Assembly: GCA_918797485.1 (NCBI GenBank)
Contig: CAKKNE010000005.1
Span: 1,984,001-2,048,000 of the forward strand
Reading direction: 5' to 3'
DNA from: Pelagomonas calceolata
Lineage: Eukaryota
DNA: 64,000 nucleotides
The position numbers and the translations under genes were made by a program. This document shows positions 41,647 to 52,049 of the stretch, in pieces. Below the pieces are notes generated by a model. The model made no database searches. It was not told the origin of the DNA and was given only the letters and a program-made list of their open reading frames with translations. Numbering within the stretch: position 1 is the first letter of the stretch; each line of letters opens with the position of its first letter.

Positions 41647-42312
41647 TTACTCGAGATGCACGGGGCCACCGTCGCGCGCAGGCGAAGTCTTCGCACCTCG
41701 TTTTGCGCGAAGCTCTCCGTCGCCGCCCTGATGCACCTTCACCGGAGTCCCCCCAGGTGGCTTCGACGAAGCCGGCCGCGCGGCCCGCGACGGAGAGTGC
41801 GACGCCGCTGGCGCCGGTGCGTGGGGCGAATCGCTCGTCCGCGCGCCTTGTTTCCTCGCCTTGAAGGCGGCGAGCAATGCACGGCCGCGCTGCATCCGGT
41901 TTTCTAGCGGGGCTGATCCCTCGAGCGCTTCCGCCGTCGCCGTCTCCGCGGTTATCGCGCCCTTGGCGTCGCCGTTTTTGAGGGCGGTCCGGGCGTCTTG
42001 TTGTGATTTGCGGACGCGTGCGACCGTATCGTCCTGCGCGCGGCTTACTGGCGGCGGCGAGGTCGGGACTTCCAGTGATGAGGCGGTCAAACCGTCCAGA
42101 GAGTCGCGCCCGCCCGCGGCGCGGCTCAAAAGAGGCGGCGCCGGCGGCATATTATCGTCCCGCGACTGGTCAATCATCTTTAGTACGCGCAGGCGCCGCG
42201 CCGGCCGATATTGCTGCAAAACCCGTTTTTTTTCTGACGTCGTATACGGCCGTACATATATGTATATATATAAGACGAACATGTCCTTGGGGAAACACTG
42301 GTAGGCCTCCAT
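41647..42312 (-). CDS. Hypothetical low-complexity ORF
   Basis: 221-aa ORF with an atypical AT-rich 5' end. It may be spurious or start at 42177. Confidence 0.25.
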   Translation of the reverse strand: MEAYQCFPKDMFVLYIYIYVRPYTTSEKKRVLQQYRPARRLRVLKMIDQSRDDNMPPAPPLLSRAAGGRDSLDGLTASSLEVPTSPPPVSRAQDDTVARVRKSQQDARTALKNGDAKGAITAETATAEALEGSAPLENRMQRGRALLAAFKARKQGARTSDSPHAPAPAASHSPSRAARPASSKPPGGTPVKVHQGGDGELRAKRGAKTSPARDGGPVHLE

Positions 42313-42677
42313 AGCTAGTGCAGCATATAGCTAAAATCAATATCTATACCTTTCTCTCTAGTAGCTCTGAGGGTACCTAACTTTGTGCCTCTCCATCGGC
42401 CGTGGCGACCCTGTGCGGAGATCTACGCCCGATAGTCCCAGGAAGTACCCCCGCCCCGTCCAGCCACTCCCGAACAGCCGTGAACTCGACCACTCAGACC
42501 GGCCCCGCGGGCGTCTCCGGGACGCAGACCCTTCGTGGCGTCTCTGTAGCTCACGCCGCTGCCAGTAGTTCGTTCATGAGATTTGCTTCCCGGCGCCTCG
42601 CGCCCGTAGCGACGCGAGGGTCTGTCGCCCTTCGAGGAGTCGAGGAGCTCTACGAGACTACGACCGGTGCAGCACTT

Positions 42678-42940
42678 GGTGCCTAGACCTGTAATTATTC
42701 AAACGAGAGTAAGCGGCATTTCCTAGCCGCCGCGAGGGAAACAGTGGGAAGCCCCTGCCGGCGGGTGAGGCTAAATCTATAAATACCAATATATAGATAT
42801 AAATATCTCCCACGTGCGGTGCCAAGGACCCAAGGTATAATTCAAACGAGAGTAGAAGCCGCACTTCCTAGCCGTCTAGGGGGAACGCTGGGTGGCCTCC
42901 GTAGGAGCAACGCCGTAAATTACTGAGATAAAATCTACTT
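42678..42940. repeat. Imperfect direct repeat, period about 143 bp
   Basis: ATTCAAACGAGAGTA at 42697-42711 and 42840-42854. Each is preceded by GGTGCC..GACC and followed by TTCCTAGCCG...GGGAA...TAAATCTA. Confidence 0.8.
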
Positions 42941-43189
42941 AGATATGTCTCGGTCGGCTTCCTAGTGTCTTACTTGCCGCTAGCTCGAGCTCTTGGGCCG
43001 AGGCTTGGATAAGCGCTGCAAGCGACCTGCGCTATAGCACGCGCAACGCGTCCGAGCGATTCCTGCCGGTCGCCAACGCACCGCTGCGCCCGTGGCGCGT
43101 CCAGTAACAAAACAAAGCCGCACCTCTTCCAAGCCGGCCAAGCCGTCAAACTCGCGAGATCGCAGCCGTCCGAGCGCTGCGCCGCAGCC

Positions 43190-46100
43190 ATGCCTCTACC
43201 TGTAATGGCCACCATCCTCCTCGTGATCGCCAGCGGCGCCGCCGCGGCCGCCGCGTGGTTAGCCGTCCTCGCCTGGTGGAAGGCGCACTTAATACTCATT
43301 CTACTCATCTGGGCCGGAATACTCCTGAAGAAATGGCACAAGTGTCGCGGCGATATCTTCGCCACAGTAGGCGGCTGCATCATGGCGATTCTCGTCGTCA
43401 CGCTGCTGGGCAAAACTACGGCCGAGCGCGTGGCGCGCGTCGTAACCATCACCAACATACACTACGACCCGGAGCTCCGCAAGAAGCGGGGCAAGTGGAA
43501 AATTCGAACGCCGCAGCGGCGGAACTCGTCGGGCGCCGCGTCTCTTTCCTCGACACTTTCGTATCTGACCTCAAAACGCTCACTCACACAGGCTCGGCGA
43601 CATGGCCATTGATGTGCTCCACACTTTCGTCATGGGTGTCCTCATCAATTTACAAAGAGGCGGTTCGTTAGTAGCTTTTCCTGATGCTGCTGTCTACGGG
43701 ACGATGTTGCTGCACTGGGGCCTCATCAAATTGGCTCGACATGTCGAGGCGGGCTACAAGAGCGGGGACTTCGTCGACAACGTCAACATATTACTAGGCG
43801 CCATGGGCATAGAGCAGAAGCACTTCACCACCCACTCCGCGGTCGTGCTCATGTGCTTCCACCTGTCCATGGGCGACACCTTCGCCAAGCGCTTGATTCT
43901 AAGGATCATCAAGCCCTGGTGCTACTGGGGCGACGTGGGCAACAAAGCTCCGTTGCTCTCTGAAGATCTTTTAGTAGTTTTACTGGCCATCGCCGAGGAG
44001 CTAGAAGCCGACGTCGAGCAGTTCTTCGAGGCGTTAGCTGAGGCGTTCCCCGAGGGCTTGGAGCCGGGCATCGACCCGGCAAGCGTCGACTCGCTCTGCC
44101 AGGCCGCCGTCCCGAAGAAAGTCGCGGAGGTCTGCCGCCTCGCCCTCGTCATCAAGGACAACTGCGTGGACCGCGCGGGGCTCGTCATGGAGGTCTACAA
44201 CAATCACAAGCAGCAGAACCTGCTGGGCGAGGTATCATGCAGAGTCGCATCGAAGAGGCCTTCGACTCGTGGCGTTATTTGATCTATTGGTACTGAGCCG
44301 AGCCTGGATCGGAGCTCGGCGGGCGGCGCCACTCGTGCCGGAGCGCGTGGCCCCGGAGGCACGTCGATGGCGTCGCGTCGACGGCGTCGCGTCGATGGCG
44401 TCGCGTCGATGGCGTCGCGTCGACGGCGTCGCGTCGCGTCGATGGCGTCGCGTCGATGGCGTCGCGCGTCGCGTCGACGGCGTCGCGTCGATGGCGTCGC
44501 GTCGATGGCGTCGCGTTGATGGCGTCGCGTCGATGGCGATGGCGTCGCGTCGATGGCGTCGCGTCGACGGCGTCGCGTCGATGGCGTCGCGTCGCGTCGA
44601 TGGCGTCGCATCGACGGCATCGCGTCGCGTCGATGGCGTCGTGACGAGATAACTTCACAATTCGATTTCCACACAGGTCGCAGTCGATTTACACGCGCAC
44701 GTCGCCAACAAGCCGGCGTGGCTGGCGCGGGTGCGGGCCATGGGGCGGTGTTCGATGATCGTCGTGATCGGGCCGACGGAGCAGGATCCGGGCGCGCCGC
44801 CGCTGCCGCCGCACGTGTTGAAGTTCGATGAGTGCCAGGGCGACGACTTCGCGAGTTTCCGATCACGAGGAGATCCAGACCGCATCGCCGCCTTTCTTTC
44901 GCGAGCACCAGCTGCACTCGTGTGCGCGACCCTAGCTGCTACCGACGGCGACATCGACTCGTTACCCGAGACCGATACGCCTGCGGAGCTTTACTCCCTG
45001 ACCAGGAGCATCTTGAAAGGTAATTTACCACTTGTTGCTGGGGCCTTGGAGGACGTGCACGTTGTTCCGGTGACGGATCGGGGCGAGCTAGTCTTCGGAG
45101 ATGTGGCCTCGTGGGTGCGGGAGGGCCAGCACGGGTTGAACGTCCCCGATTCCGTGCGGTCGTTGTACGACAGAGCGACCAATGGCTGGGAGCTGGGCTC
45201 CGTCGTGGCGCTGCACGCGTACGTGCACGAGTCCACGCAGTCGCGACGCGAAGCATTCGCCGCCGAGTTGGCCGAAGCCGACGCTCTGAACTCGCGCGCC
45301 GTCGTGGCGCTCGACGAGGCGCGCGCGGTGGGCAAGATCTCTACTTATTCCGCGGTGCTCTACGAACCGTCGCACATGAGTCTCGCCGCGTTAAATGATC
45401 CTGAAGAGGTCGAGCGGCGGACCTTTGGAGACACTACTTACGAAGCATTATTGATGGCTTTGTCGGGTGAGGCCGTGGCCTGCCTCGACGCACGAGTCGG
45501 TAGCCATCAAGTGGCGCGTCGCATAGGCGAGCGGGCGGGTCTGTTGGTCGAGCGGCTGCGGGAAAACGACGCAGAGGCCGGAAGCGACATTATTTTTGTT
45601 GTAGCGGACGGTTATGCATTTGAACCAAATATACAGAGTCTTCAAGGCACGCCGCTTTACGATGCTGCTCGCAGGAAGCTGGTGTTTGTGGCCGGCGTCG
45701 TCGATGCTATCGTGGCGAATCCGGGCGTGGATTTAGGTGATCATCGGTTGGACCCATATAGAGCCTACGTTGATCTCCCCCAAGAGAAAGTACAAGAGCT
45801 CAGGGCACGGGGTGTGAGGCCCCAAAATATGCCCACCGTTGTATGTAACGAAAGCCCCAGAATTAGAACGGTCGAGGGCTACGCGCGGGAGCTGCAAGAG
45901 AAGCGGAGGGCGGAGCGCGAGGCCGAGGCCGCGCGGCAGGAGGCGGCTAGAGCGGCGGGAGAGCCGGACGTGCACTCGAGGAAGGGCCCTTCGAGCGGCG
46001 CGCGCGCGAAGAAGACGAACATCGACTTTGCTGCCGTGCTCAAACCGAACGACACGTGGGACCGGGCGGCGTTGGAGGACCTTTTGAGCAAATTAGATGA

Positions 46101-46293
46101 TGAGATCACGGCTAAAAAAGCCGATTCTTCTCATAGTTTCAATTGGCCGGGCGGCAATGTCAAACATGTGTCATCCTCGCTCAATCCATTGATAGTAGCT
46201 GCCGGGGGCGAAGGTTACGGGAGGAAGAAAGGCCTCGAGCTCGCGGAACACTTTGCGAAGGAGCTGACGAAGATCAAAGACGCCTGCGCGTGA
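43190..46293 (+). CDS. Three-exon orphan membrane protein (~853 aa; exons 43190-43494, 43592-44231, 44677-46293)
   Basis: GT..AG introns 43495-43591 (phase 2) and 44232-44676 (phase 0), both ending in CACACAG, join three track ORFs in frame. N-terminal TM helices. Weak mannitol-dehydrogenase-like motifs. Confidence 0.6.
44362..44640. repeat. Intronic CG-rich satellite of ~14-bp units CGCGTCGA(T/C)GGCGT
   Basis: Directly visible tandem array inside intron 44232-44676. Confidence 0.95.
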
Positions 46294-46673
46294 TGGCGTG
46301 GCAGGGCGTGGCTCCCCCCCCCTCGAGGCCCTGTGATAAGTATATGGTGCTAGGACTGAGGGTGGAGCCCCTGGGGAGACGCGTTCGCTGATTCATCGGC
46401 GGCGGGCGAGGTCCAAAAAAGGGCACCGACGCATGGAAACGGTTTGTTCGAGCCGCGCGAGAACGCGACGGCCGAGTAGCCGTTCCGGTGCTCCTGGAGG
46501 AGCTTCCCCGTAATGCCGGGCTCGCCGTTGTGCGTCCCACGGGAAGCGGATGACGGCGTCGAGGTCGAGGTAGTAGGAAGGCCCGGAAGATCTGCGTCGA
46601 GTGTTAGCTCTCGTGTCCGCGCCGTCGCCCTGAGTGTTCACGAGCGGATAAGTACTACCCTTACCCACCTAGA

Positions 46674-49600
46674 CTAGATCACCGAGAACACCTTCTTCAG
46701 CTTGATCACCAGCCGCCAGTCCGCGTCCTGCATGTCGTCCTTGAAGTACTTCTTGAGGGCGTCGATCGACGCCCGGTTCACCTTCGAGAACAGCTGGTGG
46801 TTGTGGTCGAACTGCCGCCCGTACGTCATGTTCGGGTTGCCGTGGTTCACGATTTTGATGGCGCACTCCTGGCCCTTGCGAGCCGTCTGCACATCTTTAT
46901 GATTGCACTCGATCGACTGCACGACGCCGACATCCAAGAACCCGAGATGAGGGATACATAATGGAGTACCAACCTTCAGAATACCATCGACGACCTCCCC
47001 CCCGAGGATGATGGGGTCCTTCATGTTAAACACATGATTCTTCGAGATCTTGAACAAGGAGGGAAAGACCGCGACGTCCCGCGCCTCGTTCCGCTTGCGT
47101 TCCATGATTTCATCTAGATGTCTCGTGAAATGACCCTCGAGATGGTAAATGATGTCCGCCGTGAAGATCTTGACCTGGTTCTTGTCCGCGTAGGCCTGCG
47201 CTTCGGGGTCCACCGGGACGTCAAAGCCCAAAATGCACGAGTACTCCTCCGAACCCTTCTGGGCCATGATCGCCGCCTTGATGACGTCCTTCTTGTGGAT
47301 GGGACCGACCGTGGCGCCGGACACGGGTATTGGTGGGCGTTCTTTGCCCTGTCTATCTTTCCCGGGGTTTCGCAGGAACTCGAGCAAGGCTTCTAGCGCA
47401 CCTAGCGTGGAAGCCTGCACGGTAACGCCCTTCGCTTCCGTCGCTAACGTATCTGAGAGATTGGCGATGTCCTTCATGCACTCCTCCTGCGTGGCACATA
47501 TACAATGTTCGTTCGCGAGACGCGTAGGCTCTCACGGCATCGCGTCGGCGGCGTCGCGGCGACGGCGTCGGTGCGAGCGACCTCACGCCATCGCGGCGAC
47601 CCCCAGACGACGCGCGTCGATGGCGTAAGGATATCCACGCTGTGTGACGGACCTTGAGGTCCTCGACGTCGTCGTCCTGGTGCATCACTAGTATACCCGT
47701 GCCTGGTACGACTTTCGTGAGTTCCGGATCGCCCGTGATCTTCAATCCAATAGCACCTTCCAGCGACTCGTGTTTTATTAACTCAGACTTGACCCTTGTC
47801 TCGCGAGAAGGTGGCGGTGTCAACAACGCTCGCGCAGTAGTAACGATGGGACCGTCCTGCGTGCACAGGACCATCGTATCACCAGCGTGCAAGCACCCAT
47901 TCACGAGGATGACATCTAGAGTAGCGCCGAGACCTTCTACGACCTTGACCTCGAGCACAGTACACTGTAGGTTGTACCCGAACATGAGCTTGGCCGCTAG
48001 TCGTTGTTGTGTCAAAGATAACACAACTCTCAATAGATCAGGGACACCTTCCCCCGTGATGGCGGACGTAGGGACCACGCTCACGGTGCTCCCGGGGTCG
48101 TCGTTGTCCCAATACAAAGCTACGTTCAAGCTCTGTTCATTGAGCTCCGTGAAGGCGTTCGCCTTCTTCTGCTCGAACTCGTCTAGAGTGTTTTGGGCTT
48201 GTTTGGCGAGAGCTTCGCGAATAGAAGCCCCTTCGGTCGGGGACCAGTCGTAGCACCTGTCTACTTTATTGAGAGCTACGACGAAGGGCGTGCGCTTCCT
48301 CTTGAGCATGCTAATCGATTCAAGCGTCTGCGGCTCTAAACCGTGCATCAAATCCACGACCAGTATAGCCATGTCACAGAGCGACGAGCCTCGACTTCTC
48401 AAGTTACTGAACGACTCGTGGCCTGGGGTATCGATCACTAACAACCCAGGTAGAGTTAAACGAGGAGCATCCGGGTCCGGCCCGAGAATAGCGTCCACAT
48501 ACGACGACGACTGATCCTTGATCGAAGCGAGATGAGCGGCCACGGGTCGTATCTTCTCCTTCAGAGTTGCATCATCAAAAAACGTCGCGCCGATCTGCTG
48601 CGTGATGCCGCCGGCCTCGCCGTCCTGGACGTTCGTCTGCCTTATCTTATCCAACAGCTTCGTCTTTCCCGTATCAACGTGACCCATGATACAACAGATC
48701 GGAGACCTCAAACGACTCTCGCTTCGATCATCATCCCTACGCTTCTCCCGCGCCAGCCGCTTCTGGCGGCACTCGAGCTTCTTCAGCTCGGCCTCCCGCT
48801 TCGCGCGATCCGCCTCCGCGGCGGCCTCGGCCTCGAGCTTCGCGCGGGCCTCCTCCTCCTCCCGGGCCTTGCGTTCCCGCTCCTTGAGCTTGCGGCCGGC
48901 TTCTTTGAGCTTCTCGGCCTCGGCCTTCGCCTCGAGCTCGGCCTCGTCTTCCACTTCTTCGTCGATGGCCTTGCTCTCGTTCGCGAGCTTCTCGAGGTTC
49001 GCGCCGACGTCGCCGGACTCCCAGTCGTCCACCGCCTCCCAGTCGTCGACGGGCTCCTCGGCCGCGGGCTCCGGCTCCGGCTCGGGCTCGGGCTCGGGCT
49101 CGGGCTCCGGTTCAGGCGCCTTCTCCACGACCTTCTTCTTCTTCCGTTCGAACTTGGGCTTCGACGGCTTCGTGTCCGCACTGATCATGCCCGACGCGAG
49201 CATGGAGGCCCTTCTACGTTCGGCAGCGAGTCGAGCCTCGCGCTGTTTTTTGGTTTCATAAGTGCCGTTCTTCCGGGCCTCCTCGCGCGCCGCGGCCTTG
49301 CGCGCGAGCTTCTCCTCGCGCTTCCTTTTTTCCTCGTCCAACTTGCGCTGCTCGGCTTCTTCCTCGGCGCGGATCTTGTCCTCGGCCGCCTTCTTCTCGG
49401 CCGCGAGCTTCTCCTCGGCGGCTTTTTGTTCGGCCAAGCGCGCGGCGATCTCGGCGCCTCTCTTAGATTGCTTCTTTTCTTCTGGAGCATCATCGCTTTT
49501 CTTCGGCGGCGGCTTCTTGCCTTTTTTCTTCTTCTTCTTGTCGTCCTTTTTTGGTGCTGGGGCGTCGCCACCCATCGATGCTAAAAATGCGGCGGCGGCG

Positions 49601-49764
49601 TCGGAGCCGTCCGCTTTCGCTGGTTCTGCGGGTGCAGGCGCCTCGGCCTTCGGTGGCGGCGGCGGTTGCGGGGCTTGATTGGCTTGTTCGGCGTCCAGCA
49701 AGGCGTCCCAGTCGTCGTCATCTGCCGCGGCGGCCTTGCCGCCCTTCTTCTTCGCTTTACCCAT
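46674..49764 (-). CDS. eIF5B: Eukaryotic translation initiation factor 5B (exons 49764-47653, 47486-46674; ~974 aa)
   Basis: Motifs LRSPICCIMGHVDTGKTKLLD, GEAGGITQQIGATF, DTPGHESF, NKVD, VQASTLGALEALL, ADIIYHL. Removing intron 47487-47652 gives EDLK|EECMKD. Confidence 0.97.
47487..47652 (-). other. Spliceosomal intron (166 nt, phase 0) carrying the CGCGTCGATGGCG repeat
   Basis: AAG|GTCCGT...CCACGCAG|GAG restores the eIF5B frame. Confidence 0.9.
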
Positions 49765-50033
49765 GGCTAATTCGTAATTGCTGCGGCTGCAATGCCACCT
49801 GCATGCAGCGTCTCCGTCGCCGGCTGCGGTGCTCGCTGCGCGGCGTCGTCGTGATGTACTGCGAGCGTGACGACGACAGCTTGCCGATCGCTTCTTGCAG
49901 CGGTGCCTGGAGTCGACGTGAGGTGGCTCCAATCAAATCGCTCGACAACACACCTAGCGTTAAAGACCACTAGAAAATTTTTAACAGTACTTATATGCGT
50001 GCGTAAAACACAACCCGAGCGCATGCGTCGTCG

Positions 50034-50094
50034 CGGCCGTATTTCAACGCCGCGGCGGAAACGAAGTCCCGCCGCGGCGCGTCATCGACGGCCG
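50034..50094 (-). promoter_or_regulatory. Eukaryotic SECIS element
   Basis: Minus strand: CGGCCGT-CG-ATGAC-GCGCCGCGGCGG-GACTTCGTTT-CCGCCGCGGCGT-TGAA-AT-ACGGCCG. This gives a 7-bp helix I, an AUGA/GA tandem G.A core and a 12-bp helix II, about 70 nt after the TAA. Confidence 0.85.
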
Positions 50095-50161
50095 ACAGGG
50101 GCCAGGGGCCGTGCGGGGCCCATGAACACAAAAACAACGACGAGCGCCTCGAGTAGCGCAC

Positions 50162-50860
50162 TTAGAGTTCGTCCGTGACGGCGGCCCAATGCATCTGATC
50201 GAGTAGCTTCCGCCGCGCCTTCATCCACGATAGTACGTCGGAGCTGAGCTTGGATTGGTCGCCGGCCAGCATCTTGTCGATGCGAGCCATCTGCGACGCG
50301 TAGTCCTCCCGCGTCTTTCCGGTCCACTTTGCGATGTAGGTCTTCTGCTTGTCGGAGCACCCTTGGCCGTCTAACGAACAGAGGGAAGTGGAGGCCGCCT
50401 TCTCGACGTAGGCGAACATGTTATCCTCATCTTTGAGCTCCTCGCACATGGCCTTATCTGTTACCTTTTCATAAGGGGCGCCCCCTGGACCGGTATCAGA
50501 GTTGAAATATCGTATGGTCGGCCAGCCGCCCGCGCCCGGGTTAAATTGAACGCCGTGCCGCTCCCTGATCGGGTTCTCTGACAGATTGACGTCCCCGAAC
50601 ACCACATCCTTATTATCCTTGAACGCCGAGAGGGCCGCACCCCAACCCGACGACTGCTTGACTCATCAGCCTCAGCCCTCCGACGCGATCCAGCGGACCA
50701 TCGCCGTCTTACCCGCACTCAGAGCGTCATTGATGAAGGAGTCAAACGTAGCATCTGTGAGCTTCACGTACTGGGCGCCGTTGCTGAGGTCTGGGTAGGC
50801 GCCACCGGCATTTGTGGTGCCCAGCGCCAGCGCTAGCGCTGTGGTTCGGAGGAGCGCCAT
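50162..50860 (-). CDS. ER thioredoxin/PDI-like selenoprotein with GUGUU motif (three Sec; 232 aa)
   Basis: Signal peptide, then VKLTDATFD..VRWIASEG-TGA-GGC-TGA-TGA-VKQSSGW..VVFGDVNL..GWPTIRYF, ending in TDEL. Track ORFs 50672..50860 and 50162..50605 are in the same frame. SECIS downstream. Confidence 0.9.
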
Positions 50861-51107
50861 GGCTCCCTCTTAACTGGCCAGAGAGCTGCACGCGCGCAGC
50901 GCTGCGGCCGCTGCGATTCCTTCCTATGCCTAGTATGTCTGAGACGCTAGGCGCATTGCGCGAGTTTTTGGACCTGCTAGCGCTAGAAATCGGCCGCTGG
51001 CACATCGCACGAAGCTAAGACGTCAGCATCGCTGCGCAGCGCTGCGCCAGAGCAGCCCTGCGCCGCAGATTAGCAATAGCAGCTACGGAGAGCATCCATC
51101 ACAAGCG

Positions 51108-51902
51108 ATGCCCAAGCCCCAGAAGAAGCGCCAACATGTAGCGACCGAGGAGCCGGTGAAGGAAGGCCTGGCAAGAGACAAGCTCGACGACAAAGGACGG
51201 GAAGACATCAAACGAAGGCTCACGACCGCGAGCGACGCTTTGATAGTAACGCAGGAGGGCAAGGAGGCGTCGAGGTGCATCGACGAGGCTGTGGCCTTCG
51301 TGCACATGGGCGCCTACGTGAAGGCCCGGGGCTCGTTGTTACTCGCGAAGAAGTGCTTTGAAGACGAGGCCTTCCTCACGAAGTTCGGCCAGCAGCAGCA
51401 TGCGATAGATGAGGTATTACGGGAGCTGCCTGCTAACGACGCCAAGGTCGAGACCGAGCCTGTTGAACAGTCGGAGGACGAGGTGGGGCGGTTTGATCAG
51501 GAGCCGCATAGCACCGATTGTACCATGGTGTTAGAGGTACCTGCTACTACTTCTACGGAGGATGTTAAAGTGGTTATAAAGCGCGACTTCCTGTCGGTCC
51601 ATGTCAGAGGACATAAAAAACAACCCCATGTGTTATATGGGTATCTGTCGGGGAACGTCGAGGTCGACGCGTGTGCTTGGACTCTGGACGGCAATGAGTT
51701 AGTAATAAACCTGGAGAAGGAGACGGACCACCCGTGCTGGCCCAAGCTCCTCAAGGAGCCTGTGAATTATTGGGAGGACTCGCGAGGGCTGGAAGGTGAT
51801 TTATCTCATTTGAACCTCGCGCCGGACGAGGCCACGGCAAAAGTCTGGGTGTCGCGCGACGAGGCTATTAAATTAGCGGGGAGGGAAGAAAGGCAACAGT
51901 AA
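51108..51902 (+). CDS. CS (NudC/p23-like) domain protein
   Basis: VPATTSTEDVKVVIKRDFLSV...GYLSGNVEVDACAWTLDGNELVINLEKE...WPKLL. Confidence 0.75.
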   Translation: MPKPQKKRQHVATEEPVKEGLARDKLDDKGREDIKRRLTTASDALIVTQEGKEASRCIDEAVAFVHMGAYVKARGSLLLAKKCFEDEAFLTKFGQQQHAIDEVLRELPANDAKVETEPVEQSEDEVGRFDQEPHSTDCTMVLEVPATTSTEDVKVVIKRDFLSVHVRGHKKQPHVLYGYLSGNVEVDACAWTLDGNELVINLEKETDHPCWPKLLKEPVNYWEDSRGLEGDLSHLNLAPDEATAKVWVSRDEAIKLAGREERQQ

Positions 51903-52049
51903 TACACAACATTGTCCTTAGTAGTAGTTCATTTCTCGACGACGACGCGACCGTGCTGCACGCCGTCGAGCAGGCGTCGGGGCGATGGCGTGGGGGCCAC
52001 GACGGACGCCATCGACGCGTTCCCAGAATCATCGAGCCGCCGGACGCAG

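Noticed and set aside
44362..44640. CRISPR-like array, or coding repeats (RRDAIDAT / MASRR ORFs)
   Set aside because: There are no unique spacers and no cas genes, and the context is eukaryotic. The array lies within a frame-restoring GT-AG intron, so the ORFs are artefacts.
46291..46293. Terminal TGA after ...DACA as a possible C-terminal Sec
   Set aside because: I saw no SECIS-like hairpin downstream and there is no redox-fold context.
46393..46668. Possible glycosyltransferase fragment (YYLDLDAVI, DxD-like)
   Set aside because: It is only a short motif in a non-ATG ORF in the eIF5B 3' region, which is insufficient evidence.
47353..47652. C-terminal extension of eIF5B in the ORF track (VRHTAWISL...)
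   Set aside because: It is read-through into the 166-nt intron; splicing restores conserved eIF5B sequence.
50663..50674. Pseudogene or alternative genetic code explanation for the TGA codons
   Set aside because: The TGAs fall only at the redox-motif position and a SECIS follows. Other genes in the window use TGG for Trp and appear to use TGA as a normal stop.
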